Assembly: GCF_022869785.1 (NCBI RefSeq)
Contig: NZ_CP094997.1
Coordinates: 4,965,066-4,989,065 of the forward strand
Direction of reading: 5' to 3'
DNA: 24,000 bases
Source of the DNA: Dyadobacter chenwenxiniae
Lineage (GTDB): Bacteria; Bacteroidota; Bacteroidia; Cytophagales; Spirosomataceae
In this document: positions 7,720 to 15,089 of the stretch, one piece after another
How the letters are laid out: every line of letters begins with the position of its first letter
How positions within the stretch are numbered: position 1 is the stretch's first letter
Notes under the pieces: generated by a model
Told to the model about the DNA's origin: nothing
The model's input: only the letters and a program-made list of their open reading frames with translations
Database searches by the model: none
Translations under genes and position numbers: made by a program

Positions 7720-9494
7720 CCTACATCCCGGCTGAAAACAGCATTTTCCTCACCTCTAACCGGGACGAACGCATTGACCGGGCTCCGGCAGTGCCGCCCG
7801 AGTGCTATTGCGTAAATAAAATTGAAATGATCTACCCCAAAGATGCGCAGGCAGGCGGGACATGGATCGTTCTGAACGGTGACCGTTCGGCAGCAGTGCT
7901 CTTAAACGGCGGTTTTAAAAATCATTCTTACCAGACGCCGTACCGCAAAAGCCGGGGACTCATCATGCTGGATATAATGGGTACAAATTCGCCTGCCGAC
8001 CATTTCCAGGCTATGGACCTTAAAGCCATTGAGCCATTCACCATCATTCTTTTAACCCAAGGAAGACTTCGGCGTTGCACGTGGGACGGGGACCATAAAC
8101 ATCTCACTGAGCTCGACGCGACCAAACCACATATCTGGGCGTCAGTAACATTATATGACCGCGATATGCAATTACAACGTGAAAACGCCCTAATACAGTG
8201 GCTCAAAGAGACCAGGCCGGTAAAACCGGAAGCTGTGGCGGACTTTCACCTAGGCGCCAACATGAGGTATGAGACCAGCAATGCGCCTCATAATGCAAAT
8301 ATCCGGACGGTGAGTGTCACCTTGTTAGCGCTTTCGACTGACAGGCGGGCTAGCGTGCTTTATCATGATCTGCACTCGGGCGAAGTCGCTGCCAAACGCA
8401 TGCAAACACAGGCTCCTGGCACGCCATTATTGTTTAACAGTTTTTATTGGAAAACCCGGAGATTTTGGATCCGTCTCAGACATTGGGAATACTGGCCATT
8501 CGCATGCTTGTATCTTCCCCTGGTCCCGCTGTGGTTATGGCTCAGCTTGCGGGCCCGGTCATTGTTGTTTTTCAGTGCGGCAAATCCCGGGATAGCATAC
8601 TCCGGTTTTATCCAGGAACGCAAAAGCGATATTTACCCATTATTGCCGGAAGGGTTATATCCAAAAGGCGTACTTTGCAAAACCGGAATGTCGGCTGGGG
8701 AGATCAATTCGGTGCTCCGCGAGTCCTCTCTTGATTTCCCTTTGATTGCCAAACCCGATATCGGCGAGCGCGGCATTCAAGTTGAACTTTTACGTAAGCC
8801 GGCTGACTTGGACACCTATCGATCTCGCACCAAGGTCGACTTTCTATTACAGGAGTATATCGACTATTCCCATGAGATCGGCATTTTTTATTACCGTATT
8901 CCAGGAAATAAAAACGGGCAACTATCAGGTATTGTCGGGAAAGAGTTTTTAAGCGTGACCGGAGATGGACAGACCAGTCTGCTGTCTCTACTGATGCAAA
9001 ATGACCGAGCTGTTTTGCAGCTGCACGCATTGGCCGCTGTCTTTGGCGATCAATTTGATAACATTCCTGACTCAGGGGAGATACTTACCCTGGTACCGTA
9101 CGGCAATCATATCCGTGGATCCAGGTTCATTGACCTGCATAGCCGCATAACACCTGGCCTAACAGATATGATCGATAAGGTATGCACACAGGTGCCCGGC
9201 TTTTATTTCGGCAGACTGGATATCCGCTTTAAAAATTGGGAAGAACTCGAAGCCGGAAGACATTTTTCGATCATCGAATTGAATGGTACAGGCAGCGAAC
9301 CCACACACATTTACGACCCCGCCCACTCGTTGTTTTTCGCATGGAAGGAGATTTACCGACATTGGAAAATCGTTTTCAAGATCAGCATGATCAATGCTCA
9401 TAATGGCAAACAGCCTTTGATGAGCCTGAAAGAAGGTTTGGAAATGAAAAGGGCGCACGACAAGCATTTAAATCTAATGCAAGCCCAACATTAA
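7707..9494 (+). CDS. Fusion protein: NRDE/TANGO2-family domain with N-terminal Cys, a hydrophobic segment, and an ATP-grasp ligase domain
   Basis: The N-terminus is MCTVTYIPAENSIFLTSNRDE, with Cys2 and the literal NRDE motif. GGTWIVLN, AAVLLNG, KSRGLI and EPFTIILL are collinear with TANGO2/NRDE proteins. Residues 263-281 (WPFACLYLPLVPLWLWLSL) are hydrophobic. The C-terminal half has ATP-grasp hallmarks: FPLIAKPDIGERGIQVELL, LLQEYIDYSHEIGIFYY and FSIIELNGTGSEPTHIYDP. The ATG overlaps the DinB gene by 13 nt. Confidence 0.75.
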   Translation: MCTVTYIPAENSIFLTSNRDERIDRAPAVPPECYCVNKIEMIYPKDAQAGGTWIVLNGDRSAAVLLNGGFKNHSYQTPYRKSRGLIMLDIMGTNSPADHFQAMDLKAIEPFTIILLTQGRLRRCTWDGDHKHLTELDATKPHIWASVTLYDRDMQLQRENALIQWLKETRPVKPEAVADFHLGANMRYETSNAPHNANIRTVSVTLLALSTDRRASVLYHDLHSGEVAAKRMQTQAPGTPLLFNSFYWKTRRFWIRLRHWEYWPFACLYLPLVPLWLWLSLRARSLLFFSAANPGIAYSGFIQERKSDIYPLLPEGLYPKGVLCKTGMSAGEINSVLRESSLDFPLIAKPDIGERGIQVELLRKPADLDTYRSRTKVDFLLQEYIDYSHEIGIFYYRIPGNKNGQLSGIVGKEFLSVTGDGQTSLLSLLMQNDRAVLQLHALAAVFGDQFDNIPDSGEILTLVPYGNHIRGSRFIDLHSRITPGLTDMIDKVCTQVPGFYFGRLDIRFKNWEELEAGRHFSIIELNGTGSEPTHIYDPAHSLFFAWKEIYRHWKIVFKISMINAHNGKQPLMSLKEGLEMKRAHDKHLNLMQAQH

Positions 9495-9761
9495 CTACGT
9501 TTTCAAAAGGAAGCCGTGCCCTGGGTACCGATTTTTCAATTAAGAAATCAGATTCGCAAAGAAGGTTAAGTTTGCGCCGGTGAACTCCTAATCGAAAGGG
9601 CTGCCTGTTTTGTGCGCGAAAGTAATTTTTCCGTCATTCACTCAGAGCCTTCGCAACAACAATAACATAACGCACAATAATATACGTAACTGATGTGTTT
9701 CAAAAATTTGGTAACCCCGAAGGGCAACACATAACTGTTAATCTCTTATAAGAACTTGCTT

Positions 9762-10373
9762 TCAGGGATTGATTTTTGAGAATATATACACAGCCGTGTA
9801 AGGAACGTCGACGGTTTCCAGCGCATTGCCTGGCGGGACAGCAGGTGCCCTCCCTCCTTTCGTTGCAATGCGCTGAATATAATCGGTATCTTCAAATCTG
9901 CCATTGGGTATTGTTCCTGTCTTTGGCATTAAGAGCAGCCAATCGATGTGCTGCGGATCTACGCTAGCAGTTTTCGCCGGAGAAAACTGCTGGCCTACGA
10001 TCAACGAATTCGTCGCATCAACCGTCCAGGATGGCCCGCCAAAATGCCGTCCCACTTTCGCATTTGAAACAGCGAATAAATCAGCTTCTGGCTCAATAAA
10101 TACCCATTCATATGCTGTCGGATAGCTATTCTGTCGTTCCTGAGCCTTGTATTTTTGCACGCCTTCTGCAAAATAAACTGCCACTGGACTGTTTCCACTA
10201 GGATTAGCGGGCAATGCTACCGCCGCAGGGATAGGCAATGCCAGAGCCTGGGAAATTTTAAAAGCTGGCGATGACGTGTCCGGATCAACATGGTCGGTAC
10301 ATGCGGTCAGAAAGACTGCGGCGAATACAGCCATTCTCACCTGAGCTGTGAACGAATGAAATATTTTGAACAT
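9762..10373 (-). CDS. DUF3455-like secreted lipoprotein
   Basis: Signal peptide and lipobox MAVFAAVFLTAC. GRHFGGPSWTVDATNSLIVG..IDWLLL..TDYIQRIATKGGRAPA..VDVPYTAVYIFS follows the DUF3455 pattern as I recall it. Confidence 0.7.
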   Translation of the reverse strand: MFKIFHSFTAQVRMAVFAAVFLTACTDHVDPDTSSPAFKISQALALPIPAAVALPANPSGNSPVAVYFAEGVQKYKAQERQNSYPTAYEWVFIEPEADLFAVSNAKVGRHFGGPSWTVDATNSLIVGQQFSPAKTASVDPQHIDWLLLMPKTGTIPNGRFEDTDYIQRIATKGGRAPAVPPGNALETVDVPYTAVYIFSKINP

Positions 10374-10401
10374 TGTAATCAGTGTTTACACCATGAATGG
10401 A

Positions 10402-10932
10402 TCACGGTAATTTAGTATTGTGAGGAGCGAATATGCCGTGCGTATTATCCAGTTCAACCCAGGCATGCAACGTCCACAAATTAAATTCTGTGTTGATCTC
10501 CCATTCATCGTCCTTACCCGTAAAACCTTCGGGGACAGCAGGCGGATTTTTTATGTCCTTGATAGGCGTGGCGTACTCGACTGCTACCAGTTTCATTGTA
10601 TCCTTACCATAAGGCGCATACAAGAGTATTTCGGGCTTTCCTATTTCGAATTTATTGTCTAGCAGATCTGTATTCAGGTAATGAAAACCCATTTGCGTCC
10701 GGTAACCCGTTACTTCCTGATCGTAACCTTCTGCAATAGCTTTGTTCAGATCCCGGAAAGGAATAACGGCCTGCCGGACCTGATTTAGTTCCTGCTCCAC
10801 CACTGGGTCGTGATCCTTCCGCTGCTCTTCGGTGCAGGATGTGAAGAAAATACTTATGGCACCGACGAAAAGGTAGGTAGGAAAGTTTTTGACCAAAGTC
10901 AGGTATGCATTAAAGTTTAATGTTGTTTTCAT
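10402..10932 (-). CDS. Hypothetical lipoprotein (no family recognised)
   Basis: 176 aa with signal peptide YLFVGAISIFFTSC followed by the acidic TEEQ. The conserved-looking core is AIAEGYDQEVTGYRTQMGFHYLNTDLLD..KPEILLYAP..KLVAVEYATP..LWTLHAWV. It sits in the same tight cluster as its neighbours. Confidence 0.6.
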   Translation of the reverse strand: MKTTLNFNAYLTLVKNFPTYLFVGAISIFFTSCTEEQRKDHDPVVEQELNQVRQAVIPFRDLNKAIAEGYDQEVTGYRTQMGFHYLNTDLLDNKFEIGKPEILLYAPYGKDTMKLVAVEYATPIKDIKNPPAVPEGFTGKDDEWEINTEFNLWTLHAWVELDNTHGIFAPHNTKLP

Positions 10933-10983
10933 TTTAATAATTATCAGTAGATGAATTTTTCTGAAATGATTTGCCCCTGTTGA

Positions 10984-12456
10984 CTATAAATTCTGGTACC
11001 AGATTTCGCCCAAGCTATTCACTGCCCATGGTGTTCCGAGGTGGTTAACAGCCAGGGTAACCGCAGTTCCCGGCATGAGGCTCCAATCCACCCCGTTCCA
11101 CCGAGATAAGGTATAACCTCCGTAAACAGGGGTGCGGCCCGTAATGTAAACTGAGCCTTCGGGCCCGGCGAAAATATCAGTAGCTAAGCCAGGAACCTCT
11201 GACCAGTGTGCGCCGCTACCGCCCAGGAAGAAAATTTTACCCGTATTGTCGACTATCCATGGCATACCCTGCGCTCCTGCTGCAATACGCACTGCTCCGC
11301 CGGGCAATTGGGTCCAGTTGCTACCATTCCACTTGTATATGCAATTACCTCCCGTAGCTGCGGCCCCGCCGATCATATACACCGAACCATCGCCCGCCGC
11401 CGCAATGTCTTTGGCAGACCCCGGCATTCGATCCCATAAACGTGTATTGTAATTATAACGGTAAATTCCACCTACAGAGTTAATAATCCAGGGTACATCG
11501 CCTGCCCCCGCCGTAATCTTTCTCGCCGATCCGGGCAACTTGAACCATTGATTGAATGAGCCGAGTTGATAGATACCAAAATCAGCGCCTATGGGATCTT
11601 TACCAATGGCAAACACCGACCCCAGCGGCCCTACCGCAATATCAGTGGCAGAGCCGGCCATCTGGATCCATTCTCCATTGGGATACATTGCCTGGACAGC
11701 CTTCTTGTCCCCAAAAGTGAAACCCGTCCAGTTGCTTACTACGGAGTTCATGACTGAATGAAGGTCAGAATTTGGTGTACCGGGAATTGGCTTCTCAATG
11801 ATGCCGTCCTGATGCAGGTCAGTATGCGCAATACCCAGCGTATGTCCCAGCTCGTGGGCCATCGTAGTCAATTTTTGTTCCGTGGGAATGTAGCTATACT
11901 TCAAATTGATGATAATGCTTGAACCAGGCTTTCCTTCAAGGTAAGGAAACTGAGCGACGGCTATTTTATCACTTGTAGCATCAATTCTGGCCACGATTTC
12001 CATGTCCGCCCAACGGAGCTCACTCACCTCCGAAAATTTGACTTTGACACCTTTCAGGAGATTCCATTGCGCTAAAGCAGTTCTTGTGACCGCAACCCAT
12101 TCTGGTGGAGTACCTGGACGCATATAAATTTTGATATTCCGCACCCAGGTATCGGACACGAGCCAACGTCTGCGACGATGTGCGCTGGCCAGATTTACGT
12201 TATCCTTGTATTGCTTCTCAGCCTCCGTTTTAGATATTAAAATATCACCTTCAATGACAAACGTGGTATCCCTTGAATTATAAACGACTGCTTTTTCCGA
12301 TGTACCCATCGCCTCGGTAAGAAAACCTTTTAACACTTCAATGGATATCGAATCACGGATTTCCTTGGGAACGACTGTTTCAACTGGAACAGCGTCCTGG
12401 TGACAGGCATACATACATAGGGTAGCGAAGATTACTAGCAGGACATTTTTTTTCAT
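10984..12456 (-). CDS. Metzincin metalloprotease (M57 'HEIGH'-like) fused to a six-blade tectonin/tachylectin-like beta-propeller
   Basis: Signal peptide MKKNVLLVIFATLCMYAC. Zinc site MAHELGHTLGIAHTD (HExxHxxGxxH) with a downstream SVMNS Met-turn candidate. Six W-x-x-(M/L/V)-(P/A)-G-x-A-x-x-I-x-x-G repeats begin at W263, W304, W341, W381, W418 and W458. Confidence 0.8.
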   Translation of the reverse strand: MKKNVLLVIFATLCMYACHQDAVPVETVVPKEIRDSISIEVLKGFLTEAMGTSEKAVVYNSRDTTFVIEGDILISKTEAEKQYKDNVNLASAHRRRRWLVSDTWVRNIKIYMRPGTPPEWVAVTRTALAQWNLLKGVKVKFSEVSELRWADMEIVARIDATSDKIAVAQFPYLEGKPGSSIIINLKYSYIPTEQKLTTMAHELGHTLGIAHTDLHQDGIIEKPIPGTPNSDLHSVMNSVVSNWTGFTFGDKKAVQAMYPNGEWIQMAGSATDIAVGPLGSVFAIGKDPIGADFGIYQLGSFNQWFKLPGSARKITAGAGDVPWIINSVGGIYRYNYNTRLWDRMPGSAKDIAAAGDGSVYMIGGAAATGGNCIYKWNGSNWTQLPGGAVRIAAGAQGMPWIVDNTGKIFFLGGSGAHWSEVPGLATDIFAGPEGSVYITGRTPVYGGYTLSRWNGVDWSLMPGTAVTLAVNHLGTPWAVNSLGEIWYQNL

Positions 12457-12543
12457 AGCATTTGAATTTGGTTTGAGAGATTAGTTAAAAGAGTATGACA
12501 ATCTGATCCCATAAAAAGGATAAGTGTAAAAAAGTTGAGTATG

Positions 12544-13590
12544 TTATCGATGAATTTTTCGGATGCGTGAGTTTCTGACGTCTGCTACGAAAATATTCCC
12601 GGCAGCATCCATGGCAATTCCGCTGGGCTGATTGAATTTGGCCTCGTCGGCAGCGCCATCTGCAAAGCCGACCGTGCCATTACCTGCGATGGTGCTCACT
12701 ATACCTTCCGGGGTAACTTTTCGAATGGCGGAATTCAAATCCCCTATATATAAATTTCCGTCTTTGTCTATGGCAATTCCTTCCGGGTTATGAAACCGCA
12801 CTTCGCCACCCTTTCCATCGATATATCCGATTTCCGACGTGCTGCCAGCAAGCACACTGACTGCTCCCTCAGGAGTAACTTTCCGTATCACAAACCCGCC
12901 AGTGTCAGCCACATACAGGTTTCCTACTTTATCTATTTCAATACCTTCCGGGAATCCAAAACCAGTAGCAAATGTGCTGACGGTCCCATCCTGGGTTACT
13001 TTTCGAATGCAATGGTTGGCGCCGTCGCTCACATACAAATTTCCTTGCGGATCGAGCACTAAGTCAGCCGGAAAATTAAACTGTGCTGCCTTGCCTACAC
13101 CGTTTTTAAATCCGATAACACCGTTGCCTGCAATGGTACTGACGACTCCGTCACGACTGATTTTACGGATCAAACTATTACCAGAGTCCGCCACAAAAAC
13201 ATTTCCGTTGCCATCAACCACTAATCCATGCGGATAGCTGAATAACGCTTCGGAAACTGACCCGTCATTACTTCCGAAAATGCTGTCCCCTGCAACAGTT
13301 GTGACAATGCCATGAGGTGTGATCTTCCTGATCCGATTGTTATTTCCATCGGCCACGTAAACATTCCCGGCGGCGTCTGTGGTTAAACCATAGGCATCTG
13401 AAAAAGCAGCATCCTTCCCGTCTCCGTCAGCAAAGCCATAGATTCCGCTACCAGCGAGGGTGCTCACTGTGTATGGCCTTAAAACCTCGTCAGCGGGTGG
13501 CGGTTCCACATTTTCAACAATACTACTGCATGATCCTGCAATTAATAAAGCCATCGTTAAAAGCAAGTTGGATATAAATGTCGTGTGCAT
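12544..13590 (-). CDS. NHL-repeat beta-propeller lipoprotein (six repeats)
   Basis: Six repeats of the form G(L/I)xxDxxGN(V/L/I)(Y/F)(V/I)(A/S/G)DxxNxxIRK(I/V)(T/S)xxGxVST(I/V)AG. The ATG at 13590 gives MHTTFISNLLLTMALLIAGSC and lies 2 nt after the upstream gene's stop. The track start at 13614 overlaps that gene. Confidence 0.85.
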   Translation of the reverse strand: MHTTFISNLLLTMALLIAGSCSSIVENVEPPPADEVLRPYTVSTLAGSGIYGFADGDGKDAAFSDAYGLTTDAAGNVYVADGNNNRIRKITPHGIVTTVAGDSIFGSNDGSVSEALFSYPHGLVVDGNGNVFVADSGNSLIRKISRDGVVSTIAGNGVIGFKNGVGKAAQFNFPADLVLDPQGNLYVSDGANHCIRKVTQDGTVSTFATGFGFPEGIEIDKVGNLYVADTGGFVIRKVTPEGAVSVLAGSTSEIGYIDGKGGEVRFHNPEGIAIDKDGNLYIGDLNSAIRKVTPEGIVSTIAGNGTVGFADGAADEAKFNQPSGIAMDAAGNIFVADVRNSRIRKIHR

Positions 13591-13592
13591 AG

Positions 13593-14822
13593 TTACCAGT
13601 AGCTTAACCACCATTTGGTAGATTGATTGGCTCTCTTATATTGATCGAACTTCTTGCAAATCGGATACAGTATCAAAACCACCGCTATCCAAATGATGTA
13701 TACGATTGGCAAATTGAAACCATAACCCTTCAAAGCAATTGCGTTGTTAACGCTGGTCGTTAATATCATATCCGCCCATTCATAACCGGATAGCACTGCC
13801 GCACCCATTGCCATCATGTGAATCAAATACAAGTGGGCTAGGTAGTAGAACATGGGTACCCGTCCGAACACACTTACCACCGATGACCATTTACCAGAAG
13901 GTTTTTCAATCAATGCAAGAAAAGTAAGTGCCGGCCCAAGCGTCATGAGTGCATAAAGCAGCGACGGCGGATACTTGCTGACATTTAAAAAAGAAAGCAA
14001 ACTGAGTAGGCCGGATTTTTGTAATGACCAATGCGCGGCGTCACCATACCAGTTATTACATCTTAAAATAACAAACAGCACCATGGCCCCAAGCCCCACG
14101 TAGATGAATGTGGCCCTCCTTTTCGCGGAATGATAATTAGATAGGTATAAATTGCCCACGGCATAGCCCGTTGCCATAATACCAAGCCAGGGTAGCAATG
14201 CATATCGGACTGAAAAGGAGAAGTTTCCAAAAGTGAAGTAACCCGGCTCGTGGATCAATGCCCATAAAAACGATCCAAAACCACCACCGGGAACATTCAC
14301 ATTATCCAGCAAATTGTGACCCGCAATTAGTAAGATGCCCACTACGGAAATGACTTTTTTATTCAGATAAATAATGGCTGACATAAAAACCATACTCACC
14401 CCCGTTACCCAGATTACTGCCAGATTGAAATAAGGATACGAAGGATTGAATGTCCATTCAAATGTCACAATAAAGCATTCAGCCAGAATGAGCCATATGC
14501 CTCTTATCAGCAGGAAAAAAGATAATTGTTTTCGGCTTCGCTTTGCGCCATACAGACAAGCTGAAATACCTGCAAGGAAAATAAATATAGGCGCACAGAA
14601 ATGTGTAATTAATCTAGTGAAGAAAAGAGCAACATTGGTTTGCGTCAAATCTGTGGGACTGTAAAAGAAAGCATCAACATGGAAGTAATCCCGCACATGA
14701 TCCAGCGCCATTACTATCATTACTATACCTCTTAACAAGTCGATAGCGTAAATCCTTTTGCTTTTTAATGCAAGGGGCTCTTGATTATTAATTGGATATG
14801 CTGATTTACTAATTGTTGACAT
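13593..14822 (-). CDS. DUF1624 / heparan-alpha-glucosaminide N-acetyltransferase-like polytopic membrane protein
   Basis: RIYAIDLLRGIVMIVMALDHVRDYF is the signature N-terminal helix, followed by roughly ten hydrophobic segments. The track start at 14840 is a TTG. The first ATG (MSTISKSAY) is at 14822. Confidence 0.8.
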   Translation of the reverse strand: MSTISKSAYPINNQEPLALKSKRIYAIDLLRGIVMIVMALDHVRDYFHVDAFFYSPTDLTQTNVALFFTRLITHFCAPIFIFLAGISACLYGAKRSRKQLSFFLLIRGIWLILAECFIVTFEWTFNPSYPYFNLAVIWVTGVSMVFMSAIIYLNKKVISVVGILLIAGHNLLDNVNVPGGGFGSFLWALIHEPGYFTFGNFSFSVRYALLPWLGIMATGYAVGNLYLSNYHSAKRRATFIYVGLGAMVLFVILRCNNWYGDAAHWSLQKSGLLSLLSFLNVSKYPPSLLYALMTLGPALTFLALIEKPSGKWSSVVSVFGRVPMFYYLAHLYLIHMMAMGAAVLSGYEWADMILTTSVNNAIALKGYGFNLPIVYIIWIAVVLILYPICKKFDQYKRANQSTKWWLSYW

Positions 14823-14997
14823 AAATTGAGTGTGTTCCAATGAATCGATCTATATGAATATTCCGGTCGGCTAATGAAGATTTAAATGCTGATGAATGTG
14901 CTGATTAAAGCAGAAAAACTTGTTGATGCAAAACAAGTGCAGAATCTTGTTACCGATATAAGAGGTATTCCCTATTTTGCAATATTTGCCACTCCTA

Positions 14998-15024
14998 TAT
15001 TACAATTCAAGCAACTATTACAAT
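14998..15024. repeat. Perfect 9-bp direct repeat TATTACAAT x2 in the divergent promoter region
   Basis: TATTACAAT occurs at 14998-15006 and 15016-15024 (18-nt period), about 65-90 nt upstream of the LuxR-type regulator ATG. It may be an operator. Confidence 0.3.
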
Positions 15025-15089
15025 AATTGCTACGTATCCACTCAAACGTGTAAACAAGAGGCTTACACTCCTACTTTAATCAATTAGCC

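Noticed and set aside
9693-9732. Hairpin ATGTGTT...AACACAT with an inner CCC-TTCG-GGG element just downstream of the DUF3455 gene
   Set aside because: The outer stem is only 7 bp with a 26-nt loop, the inner stem is only 3 bp, and the T-run sits inside the loop rather than after the stem. This is not convincing as a terminator.
12790-13237. 90-aa and 132-aa plus-strand ORFs
   Set aside because: They are antisense to the NHL-repeat gene. The periodic repeat DNA keeps several frames open by chance.
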